Origin: Nitrospirota bacterium
GTDB taxonomy: Bacteria; Nitrospirota; Thermodesulfovibrionia; Thermodesulfovibrionales; Dissulfurispiraceae
Direction: 5' to 3'
DNA length: 64,000 nucleotides
Assembly (NCBI GenBank): GCA_040758355.1
Contig: JBFLWF010000005.1
Coordinates: 1 to 64,000, forward strand
Made by a program: the position numbers and the translations under genes. Position 1 is the stretch's first letter. Each line of letters begins with the position of its first letter. Under the pieces are notes generated by a model. The model ran no database searches, was not told the origin of the DNA, and saw only the letters and a program-made list of their open reading frames with translations. Below are positions 1 through 9,112 of this stretch, in pieces.

Positions 1-248
1 TATTTTTTCCCATACGGTAATCATACGGATTTTCTCGCCCCTTTGAAAGCTCTTTCCCCATTATTTGAAGCCATGTTATACCGCTTCAAGTCCATCGGTT
101 TACCCACTCTCTTCCACGATGAGCCAACATTTTTTTATTATACATTATGCAATCGGATTTTAGTAAAATTGAGTATGAAGAAGGGAGTAGTGGGTTTGTG
201 AGCGCATGGCTGATAGCGGTTATATATAATAAGATAAACATTAAATAA

Positions 249-384
249 AAAGAGGCAGGACACAGCATTTCCGCTTCATTCTCGAATGGCATCCAGCCAT
301 TCTCCGAAGCAAAGGCAGCCAGCTTAGCCATCCTTGGCACGCTTGGGCTGCCCAAGTCGCTCCAATACAATGTCCTGCCTCTTT
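249..384 (-). repeat. 136-bp element bounded by 14-bp terminal inverted repeats, with internal hairpins carrying GGA loops on the minus strand (MITE or structured RNA)
   Basis: AAAGAGGCAGGACA (249-262) / TGTCCTGCCTCTTT (371-384); inner stems at 284-302, 327-338 and 342-356. Confidence 0.7.
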
Positions 385-399
385 AAAAGGGGTGAAATT

Positions 400-1518
400 A
401 TGTCAAAGGTATATTTTGCATCGGCAAGGGTTAAAAAATGGAAATATGACGAAAGCATGCCCGGAAAACTGGACAGGCTGTTAAAAGAGATGGTGCTTTC
501 AAAATATTTTGAAAAAGGCGAATGGGTGGCTGTAAAGACCCATTTCGGCTCTGATGGTGCACATAGAATCGTAAGACCTGTATTTCTTAGAAAAGTGGTT
601 GATTCATTGAAGACAATAGAGGCAAAGCCCTTTGTTACAGATACGGTAAGAATAAAGGGACTCGACTACCTCGAAGTGGCAAACCAGAACGGCATAAATC
701 ATCTATCTGTCGGAGCACCTGTTGTAATCGCCGACGGTCTTTACGGAAACGACAATCTCATGGTCAAGGCAGGCGATATCCTCGGAGAAATAGCAGTGGC
801 ATCGCTTATATACGATGTCCCTGCAATGGTGGTTTGCTCACATGTAAAGGGGCATATAAATGCAGGATATGCAGGCGCGATAAAAAACATTGCCATGGGC
901 GCAGTAAGCGGAAGCCACAGGCACTGCGGGTGGAAATGCGGCAGGGGTGCAATGCATGCCATTGGAGAAGGCAAATTTATATGGGATGAAGACAAATGCG
1001 CCTTTTGCTATCAGTGCGAGGAAGTATGCCCCCTCGACTGCATAAATTTTAAGGATAATAGATTCGACTATTACGATGAGAGATGCTGGCGGTGCGGCAG
1101 ATGCACGAGGGTATGTCCTGAAGGCGCACTTGTACTGCCAGGAGACGATGAGCTATTCATGAAATCCCTGTCGGAAGCAGCAAAGACGGTTTTAAGTACA
1201 TTTAAACCCAATAAGGTTATTTATATAAACTTCCTCACAGAGATTCAGCCAGAATGCGACTGTATGCCTGCAGCAGAAGTCCCTGTAATTCAGGACATAG
1301 GAATATTGATCTCCGATGACATTGTATCCGTTGAACAGGCATCGATAGATATGCTTCTAAAAGAGAATCCCCTTCCATCCTCTTTAGCCGAAGATGAAAA
1401 AATAAAGGGAGGCGAGGATATACTCTTAAATCTCCATAAAAAACCTTATCTATTGCAAATAGAGGAGGCTGAAAGGCTCGGTCTTGGAAGCAGGCAATAC
1501 GAACTGATAGAACTATAA
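400..1518 (+). CDS. DUF362 family protein with 2x[4Fe-4S] ferredoxin domain
   Basis: VAVKTHFG, SHVKGH..AGAIKN, two CxxCxxCxxxCP motifs, ECDC; start moved to ATG 400 behind an AGGGGTG SD. Confidence 0.85.
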   Translation: MSKVYFASARVKKWKYDESMPGKLDRLLKEMVLSKYFEKGEWVAVKTHFGSDGAHRIVRPVFLRKVVDSLKTIEAKPFVTDTVRIKGLDYLEVANQNGINHLSVGAPVVIADGLYGNDNLMVKAGDILGEIAVASLIYDVPAMVVCSHVKGHINAGYAGAIKNIAMGAVSGSHRHCGWKCGRGAMHAIGEGKFIWDEDKCAFCYQCEEVCPLDCINFKDNRFDYYDERCWRCGRCTRVCPEGALVLPGDDELFMKSLSEAAKTVLSTFKPNKVIYINFLTEIQPECDCMPAAEVPVIQDIGILISDDIVSVEQASIDMLLKENPLPSSLAEDEKIKGGEDILLNLHKKPYLLQIEEAERLGLGSRQYELIEL

Positions 1519-1581
1519 AATAAAAGTGCTGCTGCCCGTGTGAACTGGACAGCAGCTTAGGGGAGGTAACGAGGCGCTTCT
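1518..1581 (-). ncRNA. candidate ~65-nt small RNA
   Basis: Minus-strand TTGACA-17-TAATCT promoter, then ACCTCCCC, a 10-bp stem and a U-rich tail; no ORF. Confidence 0.5.
1519..1556 (-). terminator. intrinsic terminator
   Basis: Minus strand GCTGCTGTCC-9nt-GGGCAGCAGC followed by ACTTTTATTTT. Confidence 0.7.
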
Positions 1582-1587
1582 GATTAT

Positions 1588-1616
1588 AGATTAGCAAACA
1601 TCAGACTGCTTGTCAA
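1588..1616 (-). promoter_or_regulatory. sigma70-type promoter
   Basis: TTGACA (1611-1616), 17-nt spacer, TGc-TAATCT (1588-1593). Confidence 0.6.
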
Positions 1617-1669
1617 GAAGAAATTCTGAAGTTAGTTATTAATTTTAATTTTAGATTGATAACATGTAT

Positions 1670-2830
1670 TTATAATTCAAGAAATGCGCATTTAAGATAT
1701 TCTGTTTCTGGCACGGACAAAAGGATTGGGTGATCGCGGCCCTGAGAACGGTACGCCATGAGACGTGGGTTTCTTCCGGCATCTCTTGCAGAATCCCGCA
1801 GCATATCTAAAAACATGGCCTTTTCGATATGATAAGAGCAGGACGAAGTGGCAAGCATTCCCCCCTTTTTAATAAGCCTCATAGCCATCGCATTTATCTC
1901 CCTGTATCCTTTAAGCGCCTCTTTAACCTTTGCCCGGCTCTTAACAAAGGCAGGAGGGTCAAGTACTATAAAGTCATACAAACTGCCGGATTCCATCTCT
2001 CTTTTCATGAATTTGAAAACATCATCCTTTACAAAATCGCATCTGTCCTCAAGCCTATTCAACTCGAAATTCCTTTTTGCCTTTAACAGGGCAGATTCCG
2101 AGTCGTCCACGCATGTCACAAATGCTCCATTCTTTGCCAATTGAAGTCCCCATGCACCTGAATAACAGAAAAGGTCGAGACCCCTTCCCTCTTTGATATA
2201 ATTGCTTAAAGCTACCCTGTTTTCCCTCTGGTCAAGAAAAAAGCCTGTCTTTTGTCCTGTCATGGGATTTACTTCTATCAGGATTTCACCCTCATTTATT
2301 ATAGGAAGGGAATCGAGAGAGCCTTTTACTGCTTTCTTTTCAAGGGGAAGTCCTTCAAGGATCCTGCTCTGGCTGTCATTCCTCAGCACAATTACCGAGG
2401 GGGATAAGATTTCGTCCAGAACGCTTATAACCATATCCTTCATCATCTCCATACCGAGGGTTGAGAACTGTATCGCAAGACAGTCAGCGTATTTGTCCAC
2501 AATCAGTCCGGGAAGAAAATCGCCCTCGCTGTATATGACCCTGAATGAGTTGCTTTCGGGCAGGAATCTCTTTCTGTAATTAATTGCATTAACTATCCGC
2601 TTGCGGAAAAAGTCATGGTTTATTTTTTCCCTCTCCCTCGTTAAAAGCCTTATGGATATAAGGGAATGGGGGTTTATATAACCGATTCCGATAAATTTAT
2701 TTTTATTATCATAGACCTCGACCAGAGAGCCGGGCTCATAATTTTTTGGGCTTGTCGACAGTTCGTTCGAAAATATCCAGAGGTGGCCTGATAGTATCCT
2801 GCTCGTGCGCCTTAGAATAATCTTTTCCAT
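1670..2830 (-). CDS. rlmI: RlmI/RlmK-family SAM-dependent rRNA methyltransferase with PUA domain
   Basis: GHLWIF N-terminus, SEGDFLPGLIVD, GQKTGFFLDQRENR, LDLFCYSG, VLDPPAF, ETEYLK. Confidence 0.85.
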   Translation of the reverse strand: MEKIILRRTSRILSGHLWIFSNELSTSPKNYEPGSLVEVYDNKNKFIGIGYINPHSLISIRLLTREREKINHDFFRKRIVNAINYRKRFLPESNSFRVIYSEGDFLPGLIVDKYADCLAIQFSTLGMEMMKDMVISVLDEILSPSVIVLRNDSQSRILEGLPLEKKAVKGSLDSLPIINEGEILIEVNPMTGQKTGFFLDQRENRVALSNYIKEGRGLDLFCYSGAWGLQLAKNGAFVTCVDDSESALLKAKRNFELNRLEDRCDFVKDDVFKFMKREMESGSLYDFIVLDPPAFVKSRAKVKEALKGYREINAMAMRLIKKGGMLATSSCSYHIEKAMFLDMLRDSARDAGRNPRLMAYRSQGRDHPILLSVPETEYLKCAFLEL

Positions 2831-2910
2831 TCGTAATTATACCATCATAACATTTTAGTTGCTTATATCACCTGTTTTTTGGTATAAATATAAATACTAA
2901 GGGACAGTTT

Positions 2911-3090
2911 ACCTGCCCTGTTGGTGGTTAGGTGAAAGTGTTGATCCCGCAAATTAGATCTTTTGGGAGCTAATGTTAGGTACACGGTGTGCAGGCCTCC
3001 CCCAAGTGGATGAGAGGAAGCCTAAGTTACCTTCGCGGCACCCACCTGTAGAAGCAGGGATCTAATTTTTCATCTACACGGCAGGGTGGG
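2911..3090 (+). ncRNA. ssrS: 6S RNA
   Basis: ~180 nt closed by CCTGCCCTGT/ACGGCAGGG; 3' CACCCACCTG..AAGCAGG motif; U-tract; typical position upstream of rny-ymdB; promoter TTGCTT-18-TATAAA at 2859-2888. Confidence 0.8.
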
Positions 3091-3097
3091 TTTTTTA

Positions 3098-3165
3098 ATA
3101 GCTCATTGCTGATAGCTCTTAAATCTTATTTTCATGAGATAAGAGCTATGAACTATGGGCTATGC
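3098..3165. repeat. inverted pair of degenerate heptamer arrays
   Basis: ATAGCTC/ATTGCTG/ATAGCTC ... GAGCTAT/GAACTAT/GGGCTAT. Confidence 0.6.
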
Positions 3166-3361
3166 TGATGACGGGATAGTTGCAATTAACTATAAAAATA
3201 AAGGAGTTAGGATTTTGAAAAAGGTTGTTTTAAACGGCTGCAACATATATGGTGTTAAGAAAAATATGCACCGGGCGCATAAAATGTGTGGTCATGTCCT
3301 AATCCTTTTAAAATCATAAAACCTCAATCCCTTTTTTAATTGCCTATCCTATAGTCATCAG
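3165..3361. repeat. long imperfect inverted repeat upstream of rny
   Basis: CTGATGAC/GTCATCAG, GGATAG/CTATCC, GCAATTAA/TTAATTGC and AAAGGAGTTAGGA/TCCTAATCCTTT pairings. Confidence 0.55.
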
Positions 3362-3438
3362 AAAGCTTGAGAAGTCATTAAGTTCTCGCTCGTTTATTGC
3401 TTAATGACCCAAAAACAAAACAAGGAGGGGTATTGCCC

Positions 3439-5004
3439 ATGGACAATAGCTTAATGTTAATCGTGATTGCAGTTGCTGTCGGTGCTGTAACCGGTCTGGT
3501 CCTCTCGCTGATTTATAAAAACACCCTCAAATCCCGGAAAGAGGCATTAGAAAAAGAGCATCAACATCTCCTCGAAGATGCGAAGAGAGAGGCAGAGTCC
3601 ATAAAGAAAGAGGCTGTCATTCACGCCAAGGATCTGACATACCAGGCAAAGGTCGAAGCTGAAAAAGAGATAAGGGAAAGGACAAGAGAGCTGAATCAGC
3701 TCGACAAAAGGCTGAGGCAGAAGGAAGATCAGTTAGAGAAGAGGTTAGACCAGATAGAGAGAAAAGAGCACGAACTGAACAGAAAAGATAGGGATTTACA
3801 TTCGAGGGAACGTTCGCTGTCCGAAAAGGAGAGCCACTACGGGCATCTTATTAAAGAGCAGACCCTCATTCTTGAGCGCATATCTGGTATCAGTGCTGAA
3901 GAAGCAAAACAGGAACTCTTTAAAAGGGTTGAAGAGGATGCAAGATTTGAGGCAGCCAAACTTGCAAAAAAAATAGAGGACGAGGCAAAAGAAAGCGCAG
4001 AGAAAAAGGCAAAGGAGATTATCAGTTTTGCCATCCAGAGATATTCCAGCGATTATGTGGCAGATGCCACTGTATCTGCAGTGAGCCTGCCCGGTGACGA
4101 GATGAAGGGAAGGATTATCGGCAGGGAGGGAAGAAATATCAGGGCGTTTGAGGCAGCCACCGGCGTTGACCTCGTTGTTGATGATACGCCCGAACTGGTG
4201 ACACTGTCAGCCCATGACCCTGTGAGAAGGGAGATAGCAAGGATAGCCCTCGAAAGGCTCGTGGCAGACGGAAGAATACATCCCACGAGGATCGAGGAGG
4301 TCGTAGAGAAGGTCAAAAAAGAGGTGGATACCACTATCAGGGAAGAGGGAGAAAAAGCGGTCTTTGACCTCGGAATCTCCGGCATGCATCCGGAGCTCAT
4401 AAAAACCATGGGCAGATTGAAATACAGGTCATCCTACGGACAGAATGTACTCCAACACTCAAAGGAAGTCGCTTATCTTGCAGGAATGATGGCCGGTGAA
4501 TTGAATGTCGATATAAAGCTGGCAAAGAGGGCAGGATTGCTCCATGATATTGGAAAGGCCGTTGACCACGAAATGGAAGGCTCGCATCAGGAAATCGGTG
4601 CAACCCTCGCAAAAAAATACGGTGAAAACGATTATGTAATAAATGCCATCCTTGCCCATCACGGCGAAATAGATCCTTCATGCGTGGAGTCCGCCCTTGT
4701 TGCAGCAGGAGATGCCCTTTCAGCAGCACGGCCCGGCGTCAGAAGGGAGAGCATAGAGAACTACTTAAAACGCCTCGCAAAGCTCGAAGAGCTGGCAATG
4801 TCATTTAACGGCGTAGATAAGTGCTATGCAATTCAGGCAGGAAGGGAGATAAGGATCATAGTAAAACCCGAGGACGTCAGTGATGAAATGTGCGCCGTAA
4901 TATCAAAGGACCTCGCAAAGAAGATAGAAGCAGAGATGACATATCCAGGGCAGATAAAGGTAGCGGTTATTCGTGAATCAAGGCATGTTGATTATGCGAA
5001 ATAA
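3439..5004 (+). CDS. rny: ribonuclease Y
   Basis: N-terminal TM helix, coiled coil, KH motif [14 protein letters not shown] motif [10 protein letters not shown] 3439 behind GGAGGG. Confidence 0.97.
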   Translation: MDNSLMLIVIAVAVGAVTGLVLSLIYKNTLKSRKEALEKEHQHLLEDAKREAESIKKEAVIHAKDLTYQAKVEAEKEIRERTRELNQLDKRLRQKEDQLEKRLDQIERKEHELNRKDRDLHSRERSLSEKESHYGHLIKEQTLILERISGISAEEAKQELFKRVEEDARFEAAKLAKKIEDEAKESAEKKAKEIISFAIQRYSSDYVADATVSAVSLPGDEMKGRIIGREGRNIRAFEAATGVDLVVDDTPELVTLSAHDPVRREIARIALERLVADGRIHPTRIEEVVEKVKKEVDTTIREEGEKAVFDLGISGMHPELIKTMGRLKYRSSYGQNVLQHSKEVAYLAGMMAGELNVDIKLAKRAGLLHDIGKAVDHEMEGSHQEIGATLAKKYGENDYVINAILAHHGEIDPSCVESALVAAGDALSAARPGVRRESIENYLKRLAKLEELAMSFNGVDKCYAIQAGREIRIIVKPEDVSDEMCAVISKDLAKKIEAEMTYPGQIKVAVIRESRHVDYAK

Positions 5005-5005
5005 C

Positions 5006-5075
5006 AAAGTGCGAGTGAGAGTGTAAGTGAAAGTAAAAATTCTTGAAAACTTACACTTGCACTTACACTTACACT
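5006..5075. repeat. inverted pair of hexamer arrays
   Basis: (AGTG-like 6-mer) array followed by (CACTTA/CACTTG) array. Confidence 0.7.
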
Positions 5076-5083
5076 GAATTTCT

Positions 5084-5866
5084 ATGAAAATACTTTTCAT
5101 CGGCGACATAGTCGGCAAGATTGGAAGGCAGGCTATAAAAACCCTCCTGCCCAATCTTGTGGACAGATATAAAATAGACATGGTTATTGCCAATGGCGAG
5201 AATGCAGCAGGCGGCTTTGGAATAACAGAAAAAACTGCAGCAGAGATTTTCGACTTTGGCGTCCATATCATTACAACAGGCAATCATATCTGGGACAAAA
5301 AAGAGGCGGTCCCGTACATAGCAAAGGAAAACAGGATATTAAGGCCCATAAATTATCCGCCTAATACTCCCGGCACTGGAAGCATTATATTTACTTTGCC
5401 GAGCAAAGAAAAGATAGCCGTAATGAACGTGTCGGGAAGGGTTTTTATGAACACCCTCGATTGCCCGTTCAGGACAAGTAAAGACGAAGTAGAAAAACTT
5501 AAAGAGTCCACAAATATAGTAATCATCGACTTCCATGCAGAGGCCACATCAGAGAAGGTAGCCTTCGGTTATTATATGGATGGAGTCGTCAGTGCAGTTA
5601 TCGGAACCCACACCCACGTACAAACTGCGGATGAAAAGATACTGCCGGGCGGTACAGCCTATATAACGGATGTTGGCATGACAGGGCCTCAAACCTCTGT
5701 CATAGGCATAGAGAAGGAGCAGATTGTAGAGAGGTTCCTTTCCCAGATGCCGAGGAAGTATGATGTTGCAGGGGGAAAGGGATTATTATCTGCTGTGGTT
5801 GTGGAAATTGACGGGAAAAGCGGTAAAGCCACGGCAATACAGAGATTGCAATTGACAAATCCGTAG
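5084..5866 (+). CDS. ymdB: YmdB-like metallophosphoesterase (TIGR00282)
   Basis: ILFIGDIVG, NGENAAGG, TTGNH, DFHAEATSEK, GTHTH; follows rny. Confidence 0.93.
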   Translation: MKILFIGDIVGKIGRQAIKTLLPNLVDRYKIDMVIANGENAAGGFGITEKTAAEIFDFGVHIITTGNHIWDKKEAVPYIAKENRILRPINYPPNTPGTGSIIFTLPSKEKIAVMNVSGRVFMNTLDCPFRTSKDEVEKLKESTNIVIIDFHAEATSEKVAFGYYMDGVVSAVIGTHTHVQTADEKILPGGTAYITDVGMTGPQTSVIGIEKEQIVERFLSQMPRKYDVAGGKGLLSAVVVEIDGKSGKATAIQRLQLTNP

Positions 5867-5875
5867 GAGGTAAAA

Positions 5876-6295
5876 ATGCTTAACGCAAAGGTGAAGTGGG
5901 TTGATGGGCTTCAGTTTGTCGGCGAATCAGGAACGCACCATGCAATTGTGATGGATGGCGATATAGAGGTCGGCGGCAAGGATACTGGCATGAGGCCGAT
6001 GGAATTGCTTCTCATAGGACTCGGTGGATGCTCTGGCATGGATGTGGCCTCAATTCTACAGAAAAAGAAACAGCAAATAACAGACATTGATATAAATGTA
6101 AAAGGAGAGAAGGCAGATTCATATCCAAAGAAATTCACAAGTATTGATATAGAATTCATTGTAAGCGGCAAGGATTTGTCCGAAGAGGCCGTAAAAAGGG
6201 CAGTAGAGCTTTCAATGGAGAAGTACTGCTCGGTGAAGGCAACACTTGAAGGTGTGGCGAAAATAAGCTTCAGCTACAGGATCGTCCAGACTTAG
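5876..6295 (+). CDS. OsmC family protein (YhfA-like)
   Basis: PMELLLIGLGGCSGMD and KYCSV motifs. Confidence 0.9.
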   Translation: MLNAKVKWVDGLQFVGESGTHHAIVMDGDIEVGGKDTGMRPMELLLIGLGGCSGMDVASILQKKKQQITDIDINVKGEKADSYPKKFTSIDIEFIVSGKDLSEEAVKRAVELSMEKYCSVKATLEGVAKISFSYRIVQT

Positions 6296-6349
6296 TCTAT
6301 CGTTTCCGTTTAGGCACACTTTTGCCTTTGACAATAGGCATTATAAGTG

Positions 6350-6589
6350 TTATGCGCTCTTTTGATGTTGTGAAGCATACCAATCTATGAGCCGTCTAAT
6401 CATTTTCTGATACGACGTATGCTGTTCTTTAGCCTTTTTCTTGAAGAATTCAATGCTCGATTTATTCAGTGAAATTGTAATCTTGACATTTTCTTCCTTC
6501 AAGGCTAACTCTTCTGGTTTAGGAAGAAAATCCTTAATGATCTTCAATTCGCCCATTGGTTCATCAGTGTATTTTATTTTGGCTTTCAT
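6350..6589 (-). CDS. brnA: BrnA/CopG-family antitoxin
   Basis: DFLPKPEEL...VKITISL...YQKMIRRL ribbon-helix-helix; overlaps 3' end of brnT. Confidence 0.8.
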   Translation of the reverse strand: MKAKIKYTDEPMGELKIIKDFLPKPEELALKEENVKITISLNKSSIEFFKKKAKEQHTSYQKMIRRLIDWYASQHQKSA

Positions 6590-6851
6590 ATACTTTCCTC
6601 CCTTTTCTCCAATATCCCGCACCATAAATGCGGATAACATTACCACTATACGTAAACCTTACGGTCATTATACCGTCACCGACACGGCCAATACAGTAAA
6701 ATCGTTCCTCTTCTGTGCTATGGTTAACATCTTCGACTATTACACGGTTAGGATCAAGAAAAGCATGTTGAGCCAATGAAAAAGAGACATTGTGTTTCTC
6801 CTGGTTTTGCTTATCTTTATCCTCATCCCATTCGAAACGGACTTTCTTCAT
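6564..6851 (-). CDS. brnT: BrnT family toxin
   Basis: FEWDEDK..NQEKHNVSF, EERFYCIG, IRIYGA. Confidence 0.88.
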   Translation of the reverse strand: MKKVRFEWDEDKDKQNQEKHNVSFSLAQHAFLDPNRVIVEDVNHSTEEERFYCIGRVGDGIMTVRFTYSGNVIRIYGAGYWRKGRKVYESQNKIH

Positions 6852-6869
6852 AAACGAACTATACCAGAG

Positions 6870-6890
6870 ATATGGCTAATATAGCAATAT
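6870..6890. promoter_or_regulatory. palindromic operator overlapping the brnT -35 (probable antitoxin site)
   Basis: ATATGGCTA-ATA-TAGCAATAT; minus-strand promoter TTGCTA-18-TATAGT. Confidence 0.5.
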
Positions 6891-7130
6891 TTATGTATGG
6901 GTGTTAATATGGGTAGATTGATTTACGCATAACGAGTCTGTAGAAAAAGTCAGTTTTTAAATTATCCTGTCCTTCATTGAAGTTTTAGTCCTGAATTTCG
7001 AGTTTGCTTTTCCCGAAGACCCCATTGTCTTTTATTTATTCGGGACACATCCCTCATTTCCCCTAATTCCCCCTGGCCGTCTCACAATTTACACTTCCCC
7101 GCAACCGCCCTGCAAAATCTCTATATCCCT

Positions 7131-7486
7131 TTATTGCAGCCCTGCGCTTTCCATATCTTCAAGAACTTTTTGGATTTGCGTCTTCAGGACAGGAATATCT
7201 TTCTTTACCACGAGCCAAACCTTCTTAAACTCGATGCCGAAATAAAAGTGAGCTACTTTATCCCTCATTCCAGCCATTTTCTGCCACGGTATCTGGGATA
7301 TTTACGCCTTATATCATAAGGGACATTTTTCGCGGCTTCTCCGATTATTTCAACGCAGCGAACTACCGCATACGAAGTTTTGTCATCTCTTAGAAATTTT
7401 CTGTAAGACATCCCTTCTATAAATGCCATCGCTTTATTCATATTATCAAGAATGTCTTTAATATACAGCGTGATGTTCCGTGTCAT
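7131..7486 (-). pseudogene. hepT: HepT/DUF86 HEPN ribonuclease toxin, frameshifted
   Basis: N-half ..EIIGEAAK..KYP; C-half IPWQKMAGMRDKVAHFYFGI..LQ* lies in another frame after ~7293. Confidence 0.85.
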
Positions 7487-7779
7487 ACCGGCACTGTTTC
7501 TTTTAGTATTCTCTCTTTCAATTCCGGACGCAGATCTTCTTTCGGAATAAGATCAACCTTCATCTTCAGGATTTTCTTAAGGTAAAGCTCGGCCCCAACA
7601 AGGTCAAGCAAACTTATCTCCTCTCCGAATGAAGCGAGTATGTCTATATCGCTTTTCTTTTTCTGCTCTCCACGGACATAAGAGCCGAAAATGCCGACTT
7701 CTGTAATTTTATATTTATCCCGCAGATCATCCCTGTGGGTATTCAAAATTTTTTTAATTTCATCAAGCGTCTTTTTCAT
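7483..7779 (-). CDS. mntA: MntA-type minimal nucleotidyltransferase antitoxin
   Basis: FGSYVRGEQ..SDIDIL, KVDL motifs; overlaps hepT start. Confidence 0.88.
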   Translation of the reverse strand: MKKTLDEIKKILNTHRDDLRDKYKITEVGIFGSYVRGEQKKKSDIDILASFGEEISLLDLVGAELYLKKILKMKVDLIPKEDLRPELKERILKETVPV

Positions 7780-7966
7780 GGCTCACACTCCGACTTTTCA
7801 AATAGATACAATCATTTTAACATAATCACTTATGTCATCCCGCATATTCATGGTTTTTAAATTAGATCACATGTATGCTTCACTATAGTCTCGCCTTTTT
7901 CCCTTTTCTGCTACACGGGCTGCTCGCTCATAATTTCCTATCGGAGTCTACTGGCTTAGTAATTTT

Positions 7967-9013
7967 TTAAAAGTTATATTTGTAATACGCTGCGCAGCTT
8001 CCCTCTGTGCTCACCATGCATGCGCCGACAGGTTTCTCAGGAGTGCATGCCTTTCCGAAGAGAGGGCATTCAGAAGGTATTTTTATGCCCCGTAAAACTA
8101 AACCGCACTGGCATCCTTTTGGCTCATGCACATCAGGCACATCTATATTGAAAACATACTCTGCATCCCTGTGCCTGTACTTTTCTCTTAATCTCAGTCC
8201 GCTATTCGGCAGCAATCCTATTCCTCTCCAGTAACTATCGCAAGGCTCAAAATATTCATTTATAAAATCCACAGCCCTTTGATTTCCTGTTTCTGTAACA
8301 ACGCTTTTATACTGTATTTCGACTGCCGCCCTTCCCTCTGCAACCTGTTTAAGCAGCATGGCTATGCCTGTGAGAATATCGTCAGCCTTGAATCCTGTTA
8401 TCACGCTGGGCTTTTTATATTTCTCTGCTATAAATTCATACGGATGGATGCCTATTATAGTGCTCACATGTCCCGGCAATATGAAGCCGTCTATATTGAC
8501 CTCATCGGACTGAAGCAATATATCGAGCGCAGGAGGTACGAGCTTGTTTACGGAATAAACATAGAAATTATCTATCTTCTGCCTCTCTGCCTCGAATAGA
8601 GTGCCTGCGACAGACGGGGTTGTGGTCTCAAATCCAGCGGAAAAGAAAACGACCCTTTTATTGCCATTCTCCTTTGCGATATTCAGGCAATCGAGCGGAG
8701 AATAAACTATCCTTATATCAGCGCCTTCTGCCTTTGCCTCGGATAATGATTTTTTCCCGCCCGGGACGCGCATCATGTCTCCGAATGTGCATAGTATCAC
8801 ATTGTCCAATATTGAAAGGGCAATGGCTTTATCAATATCTTTGATTGAAGTCACGCATACAGGACATCCGGGGCCGCTCAATAATCTAAGGCCTTCGGGC
8901 AAAAGGCTTCTTATACCGTGCTTGAATATGGCAACCGTATGCGTCCCGCAAACCTCCATGAGATTTATGGGACGGCCTATTTTATTATAGAAATTTTTAA
9001 TCAGGCCGATCAT
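7967..9013 (-). CDS. hypD: hydrogenase maturation protein HypD
   Basis: MEVCGTHT, GPGCPVC, GFETT, PGHVS, GACMVSTEGSC. Confidence 0.96.
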   Translation of the reverse strand: MIGLIKNFYNKIGRPINLMEVCGTHTVAIFKHGIRSLLPEGLRLLSGPGCPVCVTSIKDIDKAIALSILDNVILCTFGDMMRVPGGKKSLSEAKAEGADIRIVYSPLDCLNIAKENGNKRVVFFSAGFETTTPSVAGTLFEAERQKIDNFYVYSVNKLVPPALDILLQSDEVNIDGFILPGHVSTIIGIHPYEFIAEKYKKPSVITGFKADDILTGIAMLLKQVAEGRAAVEIQYKSVVTETGNQRAVDFINEYFEPCDSYWRGIGLLPNSGLRLREKYRHRDAEYVFNIDVPDVHEPKGCQCGLVLRGIKIPSECPLFGKACTPEKPVGACMVSTEGSCAAYYKYNF

Positions 9014-9112
9014 TATGTAAGTATATCAAAAGTTGTATATTGTGTGTTGACAAATACCTTCATTTAACTAATAATTTGTTTAAATCAGCATATGAAAATA
9101 AGGGAGGAAACA

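Noticed and set aside
1..130. Possible minus-strand gene start running off the window edge
   Set aside because: Too little sequence to choose a frame or product.
86..370. 94-aa minus-strand ORF, and the 334 start for the DUF362 gene
   Set aside because: Both run through the inverted-repeat element and have no recognisable motifs; ATG 400 has the SD.
3240..3292. NrdR-box-like sequences (CAACATATATGGTG, CATAAAATGTGTGG)
   Set aside because: Only about 12/16 match, non-canonical spacing and no nrd gene nearby.
6930..7130. IS-end-like GAGTCTGTAGAAAAAGTC and C-rich tracts
   Set aside because: No partner inverted repeat or transposase remnant could be identified.
7134..7319. 61-aa plus-strand ORF
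   Set aside because: It is the antisense shadow of the frameshifted hepT C-terminus.
7967..9013. hypD without other hyp or hydrogenase genes
   Set aside because: Dispersed hyp genes are common; the rest are probably elsewhere in the genome.
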